Shown here piece by piece: positions 9,429 through 19,492 of a stretch of 64,000 nucleotides of DNA; position 1 is the first letter of the stretch, and every line of letters starts with the position of its first letter. The DNA is from Bdellovibrionales bacterium. Its GTDB lineage: Bacteria; Bdellovibrionota; Bdellovibrionia; Bdellovibrionales; UBA1609. The stretch spans positions 352,001-416,000 of the forward strand of contig CBDHDF010000010.1 in assembly GCA_965261545.1 (NCBI GenBank). The letters run 5' to 3'. The position numbers and the translations under genes are program-made. Under the pieces are notes generated by a model that was not told the DNA's origin, searched no databases, and was given only the letters and a program-made list of their open reading frames with translations.

Positions 9429-11055
9429 TTATCCACACTTGTGGGCATTAAGGATTCTGGGAGGGATGGGGACGCCTGCGGCTTTAAATAAGGAGTTGGC
9501 ATTGCCAGTGATATCTGTGCGGGTCCAAATGACTTGATCACGAATTTTAACAGGGATAGCCCTAACTTCCTTGAGTTCCCTCATGGCCTCTACAACAGTT
9601 AAAGGTCGCTCTTTAACATGACCAATGCCTATGGCTGGGCTTTTTAGGTTCATCTTCTTATCTCTTAAACATTTTGTAAGGTGGGCCTCACAAAGATAAG
9701 TTAAAAAGCATAGAGTTAAATGTCCAATAATCCTCTGGTCTGTCCAATGGAAAACAGGACGTGTTTTCAAAGTCCCTTTTAACTCACCAAAAGCATCTTC
9801 AATTTTCCACAATTCTTTGTAGTTGATAATAATCTCATCTGCCGTCAAGTCTTTGACATTTGTAAGGACGGCAAAAAAACCATCAATTTTTTCATCTAAT
9901 TCTATTTGTTCTGCATTTAATTCAGGTTTTTTATTTTTGTCGTCAGCCATCTTTACATATTTCTTATAACCTTTATTGGAAACAAAAGTACTAGACTGAA
10001 CACCTTTAGAAGATAGTTTTCCTTCGATCTTTTCAAGAAGGGATTCTCTAGATTTTTTATCCCTCTCTGCTCTTTTCCTAGACCAAGTCACAATACATCT
10101 ATGCCCCCCATGGTCTGTTTCGTAAACAGCAAGCTCATTCTCATATACCCAGCTAAAACGATTTAAATCATAGACCTCTTGTTTCTTTTCTTTTTTTAAA
10201 GATCCAAGCTTCATACCAACAATAAACTCGCTTTGATCCTCACTGAGTTTGTCAGTATTAGCCTTTGATAAAAGCCCCCTATCAGCCACAAAAATGAAAC
10301 GGCGTACATTAAACTTTTTTCTCATTTTATCAACAATATCTGAAAGCGTCTTGCCTTCAAAAGTATTACCAGGGAAAACCTCAAAACCTAAAGGGATGCC
10401 ATCCCGATTCACCAACAAACCAAAGACAACTTGGGTGCAGTCTGATCGTCTCTCTTTACTATAGCCAAATTGACGAAGTTTCCCTAAGTCTGTTCTTGTA
10501 CTCTCGAAGCGTAAGGTTGTTAAATCATACAACACAATGTCTACTTGGAAATTAAATAAATCTCGCCCCACCCAATAAAGCGAGTTCTCTATTTCATCCT
10601 TATGGGAGGCAAGTAAGTCCATAGACCGATAAATATGCTGGAGACTCAAATCACCCTTAATCATGTCTGGGTAAAAAGATTTTTGCCAATACTCAAAAAC
10701 CTTTAACTTGGAACTAGGAGCAATAAATCGGATGGCAACTAAGGTAAAAATCACCTTACATAAATCAAATTGAACTTTCTCATGAGAATCTTTTATGTCT
10801 TTGAGGGTCTTATTGATACCCAGTTGATCAAACAACTTTTGTAAAATCAGCAAGGGACCCAAAATGAAAGTCTCTTCGATGTAAAGCTCCTTAGCCAATT
10901 GACTCACAGTGAGAAGCTCTCGGTGGCGGGATACGGCCTGCGCCAAACTATTAATCTTATCCTCTCCTCCTTCTCCAGCCTTACCTAAGGACATGAGCAT
11001 GCGTTTTTTGGATTTGCCTTTTTCTCTGTAGGACTCCACAAGGTGGTAGTAGCAC
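9429..11055 (-). pseudogene. IS1634-family transposase lacking its first ~12 codons (left at 12961-12995)
   Basis: Comparison with copy 1; YKELWKIEDAF motif. Confidence 0.88.
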
Positions 11056-12954
11056 CCTGAAATCCCTAAAAGTTGTAACTAGGTTTAATGTATTGCGTTA
11101 ACTTTCCTCTCTTCCTATGGAATTGGCTGCTGTCAACGGTTTGAGAGGTTTAATAGTATTAATATATTTAATATGATTCATAAGAATTTGCTGCGAAAGG
11201 TCCTCTTCGTCCCCATTGGATAGATGAGGCATAGTGGTAGCCACAGCCACCGTCACATTTGAAACAGATAAAAAACATCATTTTGTCTTGGGAAGCCCAT
11301 CTATTTGGAAGGCTGAAAAAATATCCTTTTGTTTTTTAGACAGCTCTCCAAGCATCAGATCACCTGTAGCTAATTCATAAAATTTTAATCGGTCCATCAT
11401 TTTGTAAATTTCTATTTTAGACATTTTTTTATATAACTTCTTATCTTTCATAACAGTATCAATATGTGAAATTAAAATTAAAGAGAGAAAATTAATAAAG
11501 ATGCTTCCCCTCATATTCATGAGAGAATGAACTCGACTTCTCCTTCCATTAATATCATGCTTGAATGAGAAAAATACTTTCTCAATGATATCTTTGTTTC
11601 GATATAAACTCAATATATTTGTTTTCTTTAAATCATGACTATTTGTAATTAATATCATAATACCCAGCGTAGAAGATTCTTCATTAATATTTTCTTCATT
11701 TAAAGAAATCTTAAATGGAGTGCAATCAGAGATATTGAGAAACCTTTTTTTATTTCCTAAAGTTTCTTTCATATAGGAACTAGCTTGTTCTTCTGATTTC
11801 AAATCTTTCTCAAGAAAGAGTTTCATAAAATCAAGCAACTCTTTCATTAACACAGATTCCTCATAAACCCTTCTTTCTTTGTCTAAGAAAATATGAGCCG
11901 TACAATCAAATCCTCCGATTTTTATTGATTCTTTGCAATGCGAATAAATTTCCTCATTAAAAGTAAAAGAGCATGATGGAGATTTTATTTTCTCATTTAA
12001 AGCCACAGCAAGCTCTCTTGAGAGTTTTGTTCTAAAACTCATGGGTATCAAATACTTCAATTCCTTACGATGCAGTCCCTTAATATTTTCTACACTAGAA
12101 AAACCCTTATCCATAACTAAACAATCTAAATCTAATTTATAACTTGTTATGATCTCAATAATATTCGATAAAGTTTTGACATCCGGTATACTTCCAGGAT
12201 AGATTCTGTACGCTATAGGCGTATGAGTTTTATTGTCTTCAGATTTCCTACTTATCAGACCTAAGTTTATTTGTTCGAGATTCTCTCCATCTCTGTTGTA
12301 ACCTTTCTCTAAAAATTCATTATTCATAGAGTAGGAAGAAAAGGATGTGATGTCAAACATTACCGTACCAGAACCCTTCACTTGATTTATCCATTCGCTA
12401 AAGAAAGATTCTATCTTTTTTTGATCTCTCCCAAGATCACATAAGAGATTGCTTATTTTTTGTGACGACATAAAATTTTTCTTTGAAACATAAGCTTCTT
12501 GACACCACATATCGTAAAGATAAAAGGGCTCTCTTTTGATTATTTTAAAAAAAGCTAAATGCAAATAATGTTCGTAATTATCTGGATAAATTTTAGACAA
12601 TGTTTTTAGAAGATTTAGTTGTTCGCATATTTTCTCTAAGAAAAATAAGGCTCCCACATTATAGGAGCCTATGGGAATCTTTTTTCTTTTGGTCTTAATT
12701 TGACCTGTAAACTCATCCTTTCTTCCAAGGTAGATGCGTTTTTGCCTGGCCTGCTTTTTTTCCTTGTCCCAAAAGCTTTCAACTTTATAGACATAGGTTT
12801 TTCCCTTATTTTTTTGCTCAAAAGTGTATGACATCGTTAATATTGTAACTATGCTTTTGAAGAGATGACAATCTCTTAATCAAAGTGAAGGCCTTCTCAG
12901 ACAATAATCAGGACTTAAGTCCTACACCTAGTTACAACTTTTAGGGATTTCAGG
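11056..12954 (-). mobile_element. IS1634-family element B, 1899 bp
   Basis: IR cctgaaatccctaaaagttgtaactagg. 6-bp TSD tagcac at 11050-11055 and 12955-12960. Confidence 0.92.
11278..12834 (-). CDS. IS1634-family transposase (518 aa)
   Basis: FDITSFSSYS, GYNRDGENLEQINLG, VMDKGF, YRNKDIIEKVF motifs. Confidence 0.9.
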   Translation of the reverse strand: MSYTFEQKNKGKTYVYKVESFWDKEKKQARQKRIYLGRKDEFTGQIKTKRKKIPIGSYNVGALFFLEKICEQLNLLKTLSKIYPDNYEHYLHLAFFKIIKREPFYLYDMWCQEAYVSKKNFMSSQKISNLLCDLGRDQKKIESFFSEWINQVKGSGTVMFDITSFSSYSMNNEFLEKGYNRDGENLEQINLGLISRKSEDNKTHTPIAYRIYPGSIPDVKTLSNIIEIITSYKLDLDCLVMDKGFSSVENIKGLHRKELKYLIPMSFRTKLSRELAVALNEKIKSPSCSFTFNEEIYSHCKESIKIGGFDCTAHIFLDKERRVYEESVLMKELLDFMKLFLEKDLKSEEQASSYMKETLGNKKRFLNISDCTPFKISLNEENINEESSTLGIMILITNSHDLKKTNILSLYRNKDIIEKVFFSFKHDINGRRSRVHSLMNMRGSIFINFLSLILISHIDTVMKDKKLYKKMSKIEIYKMMDRLKFYELATGDLMLGELSKKQKDIFSAFQIDGLPKTK

Positions 12955-13175
12955 TAGCACTGACCTTTTGAGTTTTTAGTCGTTTGGATGTACATGAGGA
13001 TATTTTCTACATATTTCTATGATATATCAATATTTAAAACGATAAAATCCTATTTTGTTTTCTACACTTTTTTTACGTCAATTTTAATTTTTCCAGCAGC
13101 TACCATTATATTTCAGTACAACCCCAATTTCTGGAAATTTCGCATTTTAACGCAGATGCTGCTGTCAAACTCGGG

Positions 13176-13466
13176 ATTTACAAAAAAAAATCCATAGGTG
13201 TTTCTGATTGATACACAATTTTTTTATGAATCTATGATTTATGAGTTGATTTATGATTGCCTCGTGATTGCATTTGGTAAAAACGAGCAGCGTACTCTCC
13301 ACTAAGGGCCATAAGCTCTTCGTGTTGCCCTTGTGTTCTCAAAGATGGCGCACATCTTTGAGAACAAGAATAGGAGCGTCCTTATAAGTGGATTTGCCAC
13401 TGCCGCTGGATCCAATAATGGCCAACATTTCCCCACGGCGAATGGAGAAATTGAGACCGCTGAGAA
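13176..13466. repeat. 291-bp direct repeat, right copy
   Basis: Matches 9067-9357. Confidence 0.92.
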
Positions 13467-13520
13467 CTTCCCTTCCAAATATTTTTCATAGCTCTTACAA
13501 ACAGCGGTTTGTTCCATCAC
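13339..13520 (-). pseudogene. ABC ATPase (LolD-like) N-terminal fragment, frameshifted and truncated after Walker A
   Basis: VCKSY... then, in another frame, EVLSGLNFSIRRGEMLAIIGSSGSGKST. Confidence 0.75.
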
Positions 13521-13576
13521 ACAAGCCGACCTTGAAGACCAAGGAAAGCCAGTTTTGCAGTTGACCTCCCAAGGGT

Positions 13577-13786
13577 TTAATTGACGCCCTGGGACCCCGT
13601 GGACCTTGTGGGAGTGGTCGTTTGCTCATCTTGATCTTGGATGGGAACTGGTGTTGCCTTTGTGTCATCGTGAAGGTTGGCGCTGGATAGCAATGGACAA
13701 TCTTCAGCCTTTTGGCTCTTGCTATTGCCAGCCAAGGAAGGCCATGAAAGTAATAGGGTTGAAAGTACTACGATATAGATTTTCAT
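13577..13786 (-). CDS. Small secreted protein (69 aa)
   Basis: SD aaaggag. Signal peptide MKIYIVVLSTLLLSWPSLA. Confidence 0.75.
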   Translation of the reverse strand: MKIYIVVLSTLLLSWPSLAGNSKSQKAEDCPLLSSANLHDDTKATPVPIQDQDEQTTTPTRSTGSQGVN

Positions 13787-13884
13787 TTTAACTCCTTTGC
13801 TTGGGGCTTGAGGGCCGCGTTTGATTTCGTACTTGTTATTGGCATATGGCACTGAATGGTTGAGTGGTGCTTAATAGAATATAG

Positions 13885-13901
13885 AGCAAAAAATGAGCCA
13901 G
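13885..13901 (-). promoter_or_regulatory. Putative sigma-54 (-24/-12) promoter
   Basis: CTGGCTCATTTTTTGCT has GG-N10-GC spacing, ~100 bp upstream of the secreted-peptide gene. Confidence 0.6.
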
Positions 13902-14253
13902 AAATAAGTCAGAGGGAGTATGGCCTAAGTGGAACATTTCTTCTTATAATTGAGTATTTTCAATAGTTTAAAATTATTCAAATCAGAGAGAGGGGCGACT
14001 CTTTTGTCTACAAATTCATCAGGTGAGTGAAAAATTCACACTGGAAGAGGGGCCAGGGAGAGCCTTCCTTTTGGCGGATCCACTTGCTTTTGGCCGATCA
14101 ACTTGGAGTCGTACAACCGAACTGTTGCACGAACAGACAATGGGTTAATGCGTCAAGACCCGGCCTGAGATTCATAGTATAAGCGATGCAGCCATTTATG
14201 AACCATAGAACCGAATCATAGAACCAAGAGTCAGATTAAGCTACGAAGCAGCC

Positions 14254-15654
14254 ATGGAGCAGCCCATGATAGAATCATTGAATGCATTACTGGCCACTAT
14301 TTTATCATATGTTTGGAGCACTCCCCTTGTCGTTCTCTTGGTAGGAACAGGGCTCCTCCTCACTTTTGCGCTTGGGTGTCCTCAAATTAAAGGCTTTTGG
14401 CACGCCATAAAAGTCATTATGGGGCGATATGACGACCCTAAAGCACTTGGGGAAACCTCCCACTTTCAAGCCCTATGCACCGCCCTGTCTGCCACAGTGG
14501 GGCTGGGAAATATCGCAGGTGTGGCTGTCGCCATCAATCTTGGTGGGCCTGGAGCTGTCTTTTGGATGATGCTCACGGGCCTTGTGGGAATGTCCACCAA
14601 ATTTACTGAGTGCAGCCTTGCTGTGATGTACAGGGACATTGACAAAAATGGAACAGTGTATGGTGGCCCTATGTACTACATCACCAAGGGGTTGGGTGAA
14701 AAATGGAAACCTCTGGCCATTTTCTTTGCCTTTGCCTGTATGTGTGGAGCCTTTGGTGCTGGAAATATGTTTCAGTCCAACCAAGTAGCCTCTATTTTTT
14801 TTGGCCCTCAAAACTTTAATATCCCCAAGGAGATCACAGGAATCACCCTTGCCATTCTCACGGCCATTGTCATCATTGGAGGTATTCAAAGAATTGGATC
14901 TGTGACTTCCAAGTTGGTCCCCTTTATGGGGGCCATTTATGCCATAGGAAGCATAGCTGTTATTGTCTTAAATATTGAAAAGGTTCCAAGCCTGCTCATG
15001 GAAATTCTAAGTGCAGCTTTTACGGGCTCGGCAGCTGTGGGTGGAGCTACAGGTGTTGCTGTCAAAACGGCCTTAATACAGGGAGTGCGCCGAGGCTGCT
15101 TCTCCAATGAGGCGGGGCTTGGCTCAGCCCCCATTGCCCACTCGGCGGTCACCACCTCCGAACCCATTCGTGAGGGAGTGGTGGCTCTTTTGGAGCCTTT
15201 TATTGATACGGTGGTGATTTGCACTATGACAGCCCTTGTGATTCTTATTTCTGGAGTTCATTATTCAGGAGACCTCAGTGGTGTTGAATTGACAGCTGCG
15301 GCCTTTGATGCAGCCATACCTGGCTTTGGGTCTTATTTTGTTCCCATTGCTGTGCTTTTATTTGCCTACTCCACACTTTTAAGTTGGTCCTACTATGGGC
15401 AACAGGCTTTTACTTTTATCTTTGGCAAAAGAGGTGTTCTACTCTATAAGGTCTTATTTTGCCTCCTCATATTCGTAGGTGCTAAATGGAGCTTGGGGCC
15501 TGTTCTTAATTTTTCAGATATCATGCTTGGGTTGATGGCCCTCCCCAATCTCATTGCCGTTCTTCTGCTTTTACCCAAGGTGAGGGCGGCATCTAAGGAC
15601 TACTTTTCTCGAATGTCTCAAATGAATAAAAATGCTGAAAGGAATGAAACATGA
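14254..15654 (+). CDS. agcS: Sodium:alanine/glycine symporter (AGCS family)
   Basis: TVGLGNIAGVA, GGPMYYI, FSNEAGLGSAPIAH motifs. Confidence 0.93.
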   Translation: MEQPMIESLNALLATILSYVWSTPLVVLLVGTGLLLTFALGCPQIKGFWHAIKVIMGRYDDPKALGETSHFQALCTALSATVGLGNIAGVAVAINLGGPGAVFWMMLTGLVGMSTKFTECSLAVMYRDIDKNGTVYGGPMYYITKGLGEKWKPLAIFFAFACMCGAFGAGNMFQSNQVASIFFGPQNFNIPKEITGITLAILTAIVIIGGIQRIGSVTSKLVPFMGAIYAIGSIAVIVLNIEKVPSLLMEILSAAFTGSAAVGGATGVAVKTALIQGVRRGCFSNEAGLGSAPIAHSAVTTSEPIREGVVALLEPFIDTVVICTMTALVILISGVHYSGDLSGVELTAAAFDAAIPGFGSYFVPIAVLLFAYSTLLSWSYYGQQAFTFIFGKRGVLLYKVLFCLLIFVGAKWSLGPVLNFSDIMLGLMALPNLIAVLLLLPKVRAASKDYFSRMSQMNKNAERNET

Positions 15655-16157
15655 ACAGAGCTAAAAATAATAAATGGAATGAACTAGGCAAGCAGGGAAT
15701 ACGAGGCAAATGGAGCGTCCCTATAGTCCTCTCTCATCTCATCCCCAACCATCTGCGTTTTCTTTACATCACTCTTTTTTCTCTATCCCTCCTTTTGGGG
15801 CCACTGGGCTGTGCCACCATTATGAAGTATGAAGAAGAGCACATTTATATTGATAGTGATCCCCCTGGAGTTAAGGTCGACTTAGAGGAATATACATGTC
15901 ATACTCCATGTACACTTGAGCTTCCCCGTGGAAGAGACCTCCAGGCCATATTGACAAGACCAGGATTTCGATCTCAAACCCACCATATTAATGGACACTC
16001 CCTTGATGGATGGCTTTGGGGGAATCTTGCCTATTTATTTTTCTTTCCTGTCGCCATCGGTGTTGATTTTTACACGGGGTATGCCTACGACTATGGCCCC
16101 GACCGACTCCATGTTAAAATGGAACCTGTGAAGCAACAACTAAAACGAAAGAAATAG
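15651..16157 (+). CDS. PEGA-like lipoprotein
   Basis: LGCATI lipobox-like motif, IDSDPPG...TPC, and GVDFYTG. Confidence 0.6.
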   Translation: MNRAKNNKWNELGKQGIRGKWSVPIVLSHLIPNHLRFLYITLFSLSLLLGPLGCATIMKYEEEHIYIDSDPPGVKVDLEEYTCHTPCTLELPRGRDLQAILTRPGFRSQTHHINGHSLDGWLWGNLAYLFFFPVAIGVDFYTGYAYDYGPDRLHVKMEPVKQQLKRKK

Positions 16158-16172
16158 AGATGGGTGGATTTT

Positions 16173-16967
16173 ATGAAAGTTTACCTTGATTTACTTCAAA
16201 AAGTTCTCGACGAGGGCGTTGAAAGAAGTGATCGAACAGGCACGGGAACCCTAAGCACTTTTGGTTACCAAATGCGCTTTGACTTACAGAAGGGCTTTCC
16301 TCTTCTTACCACAAAGAAGCTTCATTTAAAGTCAATCATTCATGAATTGTTATGGTTTATATCTGGGGAAACCAATGTGAAATACCTCAACGACAACGGT
16401 ATTCGTATTTGGAATGAATGGGCCAATGAAGAGGGAGAGCTTGGAAGAGTTTATGGCGCTCAATGGAGGTCTTGGCAAACCCCCAACGGCTCCTCTGTGG
16501 ATCAATTGCAAAAGACGATCGAGCAAATAAAATCAACTCCCTACAGCCGGCGCCACTTGGTGGTTGCTTTTAATCCGGGTGAATTGGACCAAATGGCTCT
16601 ACCTCCTTGCCATGCATTTTTTCAATTCTATGTGGCTCAGGGAAAGCTTTCGTGCCAACTCTACCAAAGAAGTGCTGATGTTTTTCTAGGGTTACCATTT
16701 AATATAGCTAGCTACTCCTTACTTACCATGATGGTCGCTCAAGTTTGTGGTCTAAGCCCTGGAGAATTTATTCATAGCCTTGGCGACACCCACCTCTACC
16801 TCAACCATATTGAGCAAGCGAGACTTCAGCTTCAAAGAAAGCCCCTTGCACTGCCAAAAATGGCCATCCACACTGACGTCAAAGAGATCACATCATTTAG
16901 GTGGGAAGACTTTCAACTTCTTCACTACCAACCTCATTCCCATATTAAAGCTGAAGTTTCAACATGA
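16173..16967 (+). CDS. thyA: Thymidylate synthase
   Basis: [29 protein letters not shown] motifs. Confidence 0.98.
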   Translation: MKVYLDLLQKVLDEGVERSDRTGTGTLSTFGYQMRFDLQKGFPLLTTKKLHLKSIIHELLWFISGETNVKYLNDNGIRIWNEWANEEGELGRVYGAQWRSWQTPNGSSVDQLQKTIEQIKSTPYSRRHLVVAFNPGELDQMALPPCHAFFQFYVAQGKLSCQLYQRSADVFLGLPFNIASYSLLTMMVAQVCGLSPGEFIHSLGDTHLYLNHIEQARLQLQRKPLALPKMAIHTDVKEITSFRWEDFQLLHYQPHSHIKAEVST

Positions 16968-17021
16968 GAGGTCTTAACATAAAAAATTTCAACATGAGAG
17001 ATCTCAACATGAAAGGACTCT

Positions 17022-17540
17022 ATGGCGACTCATAATCCAATGATAGCTCATATCGTTGCAGTTTCAGAAAATAATATTATTGGCTCTCAGGGCCATCTTC
17101 CTTGGGATATCCCCGAAGACATGAAATTTTTTCGAGATAAAACCAAGGGTCATGCCCTCATTATGGGACGCAAAACCTTTGAGTCCTTGGGCTCTCCTCT
17201 TCCCCACAGACTCAATGTGGTTGTTACAAGACAAGAGAATTACCCAAGTTCTCCTGGCGTCGCTGTCACAGCTTCCCTAGAAGAGGCTATAAAGATTTGT
17301 CAAGAACACACACAAGCCCATAAAAACGAGATATTCATCATTGGTGGTGGAGATATTTATAAACAATCACTCTCTCTTGTGAATCGTATTTATCTCACTC
17401 GAATCCATCAATCCTTCGAAGGAGACACCAAGTATCCAAGTATACCTGAAGAATTTCAAGAAATCGAGCGTCGATCTCGCACAGAACCTGTTCCTTTTAG
17501 TTTTCTCATTTATGATCGAGATCGAAGCTCAGAGGGCTAA
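17022..17540 (+). CDS. folA: Dihydrofolate reductase
   Basis: LPWDIPEDMKFF, IMGRKTFES, IIGGG motifs. Confidence 0.97.
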   Translation: MATHNPMIAHIVAVSENNIIGSQGHLPWDIPEDMKFFRDKTKGHALIMGRKTFESLGSPLPHRLNVVVTRQENYPSSPGVAVTASLEEAIKICQEHTQAHKNEIFIIGGGDIYKQSLSLVNRIYLTRIHQSFEGDTKYPSIPEEFQEIERRSRTEPVPFSFLIYDRDRSSEG

Positions 17541-18220
17541 GTATGCACATGAGCCCCCGCCACTTCGCCATAAACCGTCTGTATTTCATCAGAGACCCTT
17601 TCCATTTCATCATATAAAGTATCAATGACCTTATGGTGAAGGTAGCGAGCACTCAGCCTCAGTTGAAATTGAAGGCAGTCGGGGTGCTCCATATAAATTC
17701 TTATTAATCTGATGACATTGCGGTCTTTGGATTGACCAGCTTCAATGCGTTGTAATGTGACAGAATTTAATCCAAAGGCAAGGGAGATATCTCTCAAAGA
17801 CAGACCCGTTCTTTGACGAAAATCCTTAAGTTTCTTGATCACATCAAAGTCGTCATATAAAACAGACTCAAACACAAATGAAGAAGGTCCCCGTCTTCCA
17901 ATGGTTCCTAAAAGAATGATGAAGTTTTGCTCTGTCACTTCAATGCCAACTTGCTGGCAATAATCCTTATAGGCAGGGTTTTTTCGAGATGGTATTCTGT
18001 CTTGAAACGATTCAAAGAGAAACTCAGACTCATGCCTTATTTTTGTCACAGGTAGATCGGGCCCTAAAGCGAGAGGTCGATTTGAATGAGCATATCTTTT
18101 ATCATAGATAAATACATACTGAGGAAAGCTATCTTGCTGTTGAAGGATGCCAACAAATAGTTTTTGCTTTCTTAACTCCACATAAACATCTAACTTATTC
18201 TTATCTCGACTTAATCCCAT
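17537..18220 (-). CDS. HipA N-terminal (HipS-like) domain fused to an XRE HTH; putative antitoxin
   Basis: VGIL..YVFIY..Y...LGPDLP..LF..F.DRIP pattern, followed by LKDFRQRTGLSLRDI...TLQRIEAG. Confidence 0.8.
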   Translation of the reverse strand: MGLSRDKNKLDVYVELRKQKLFVGILQQQDSFPQYVFIYDKRYAHSNRPLALGPDLPVTKIRHESEFLFESFQDRIPSRKNPAYKDYCQQVGIEVTEQNFIILLGTIGRRGPSSFVFESVLYDDFDVIKKLKDFRQRTGLSLRDISLAFGLNSVTLQRIEAGQSKDRNVIRLIRIYMEHPDCLQFQLRLSARYLHHKVIDTLYDEMERVSDEIQTVYGEVAGAHVHT

Positions 18221-18228
18221 GACATTCC

Positions 18229-19161
18229 TTATCTAGCAACCATTTCATTGATTCTTTCATGAATGAGTTTTTTGAGAGCCTCTTTCATCAAGGATGAACA
18301 AAAACCATTTTCAATGATTCTAACAATCTTATCTTTATTTATTCTTTTGATAAATTCTTCCACCGCATCTTCAAAGCCGAGCCGAATGAATTCATCTACA
18401 TAATCCTTTGGCAATGGTTCTTTGGAAGACTTTGTGAATACTTTGCCCTTGGGACTCCAGTGCATCTTTAAGAAATCTTCTGACTCTAAACCCAGCTGTG
18501 ATGGATTGTCATAAATGGGAGAAAGTCTCATTTGGTTTGGAGTTGTAATAAACCCTAAATTTCTTCCATGTCTATCATGATTACCTACGAGAGAGTCAAA
18601 AAGGCACACTTGTACAAAAGTATATGTATCCGCCAAACTATTTGTCTTTGAAAGAATAATGTCAAGGAGTGTTTCAATATCAAATTCATCTCCGTTCTTT
18701 AAGTATCTATAAATGTGATTAAGGGTTTGGTAGTCATTGAGAAAGTTTTTTGTGGCAAAGACATGATGGCCAGAGAACTGAAGAAGATAGTACGGTGGCA
18801 CTGGAATACCCAAGGTGCTAGCAATTTGATTGCATATGAATTCAACATCGGGCAATTCTGGAGATTTTTCTTCCCTGACTTTTAGAATATAAGATTTGCC
18901 AGCAAGGGTTGCTGCATATTTCTTGTAATTGCCATGAAAAAAACTTGAGTTCCAGTGACGAGGCATACCGAGTTGATTCTTAGATTTGACATGATGTGCC
19001 CCTACGGACTCTGTTGAGCCCCCCGACTTACCTGACTGACGATTTAGGTTTTGAAAATCTATGCACTCCTTAAGTTGAAACCACTCCATAAAGCAGATGG
19101 GGTGAAGCCCATACCAACCTTTCTTATGAATCTCTTTTAAACACTTCAAACATTTCAACAT
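18229..19161 (-). CDS. HipA/HipT-like Ser/Thr kinase toxin
   Basis: GNHDRHGRN and LSPIYD motifs; N-terminal CxxC...HxxC. Confidence 0.88.
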   Translation of the reverse strand: MLKCLKCLKEIHKKGWYGLHPICFMEWFQLKECIDFQNLNRQSGKSGGSTESVGAHHVKSKNQLGMPRHWNSSFFHGNYKKYAATLAGKSYILKVREEKSPELPDVEFICNQIASTLGIPVPPYYLLQFSGHHVFATKNFLNDYQTLNHIYRYLKNGDEFDIETLLDIILSKTNSLADTYTFVQVCLFDSLVGNHDRHGRNLGFITTPNQMRLSPIYDNPSQLGLESEDFLKMHWSPKGKVFTKSSKEPLPKDYVDEFIRLGFEDAVEEFIKRINKDKIVRIIENGFCSSLMKEALKKLIHERINEMVAR

Positions 19162-19212
19162 GGAAGCTCCAAATGCAATCATTCATCCACATACAAGTAT
19201 ATTAATTTTATT

Positions 19213-19289
19213 TTGATATTTATAAATGTCAACCTATTTCAATATACAAATATACCAATATTATTTTGATATATAAATATATCAAAATA
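19213..19289. promoter_or_regulatory. Two palindromic operators TTGATAT-N6-ATRTCAA (19213-19232, 19266-19285)
   Basis: Inverted repeats directly upstream of the hip operon. Confidence 0.7.
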
Positions 19290-19492
19290 TTGGAGGCTTG
19301 TGTATTCACCCCATAGCTCAGGCCTCAGCCTCTAGGGGCTCATAACTCATAGTGTTATACAGTGTCCTACCCACACATGGGTGCCCTATCCTGCTCTGCG
19401 ACGTATTTTTGATCTTGACCCTCTTTAAAGACTGCGTTAGCAAAGCATTGTTATAGATAAAGTCATAGGCAGTAGGTAGGTAAATTAGGTCC

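Larger units (their letters stand above)
9358..13175 (-). mobile_element. IS1634-family element A, copy 2, interrupted by element B
   Basis: IR cccgagtttgacagcagcatctgcgt at both ends. Confidence 0.93.

Noticed and set aside
13302..13520. 72-aa ORF as a real gene
   Set aside because: It is the wrong-frame continuation of the frameshifted ABC-ATPase fragment.
13900..14253. Glycine riboswitch upstream of agcS
   Set aside because: Only an isolated GGAGAG; other conserved aptamer elements were not found by eye.
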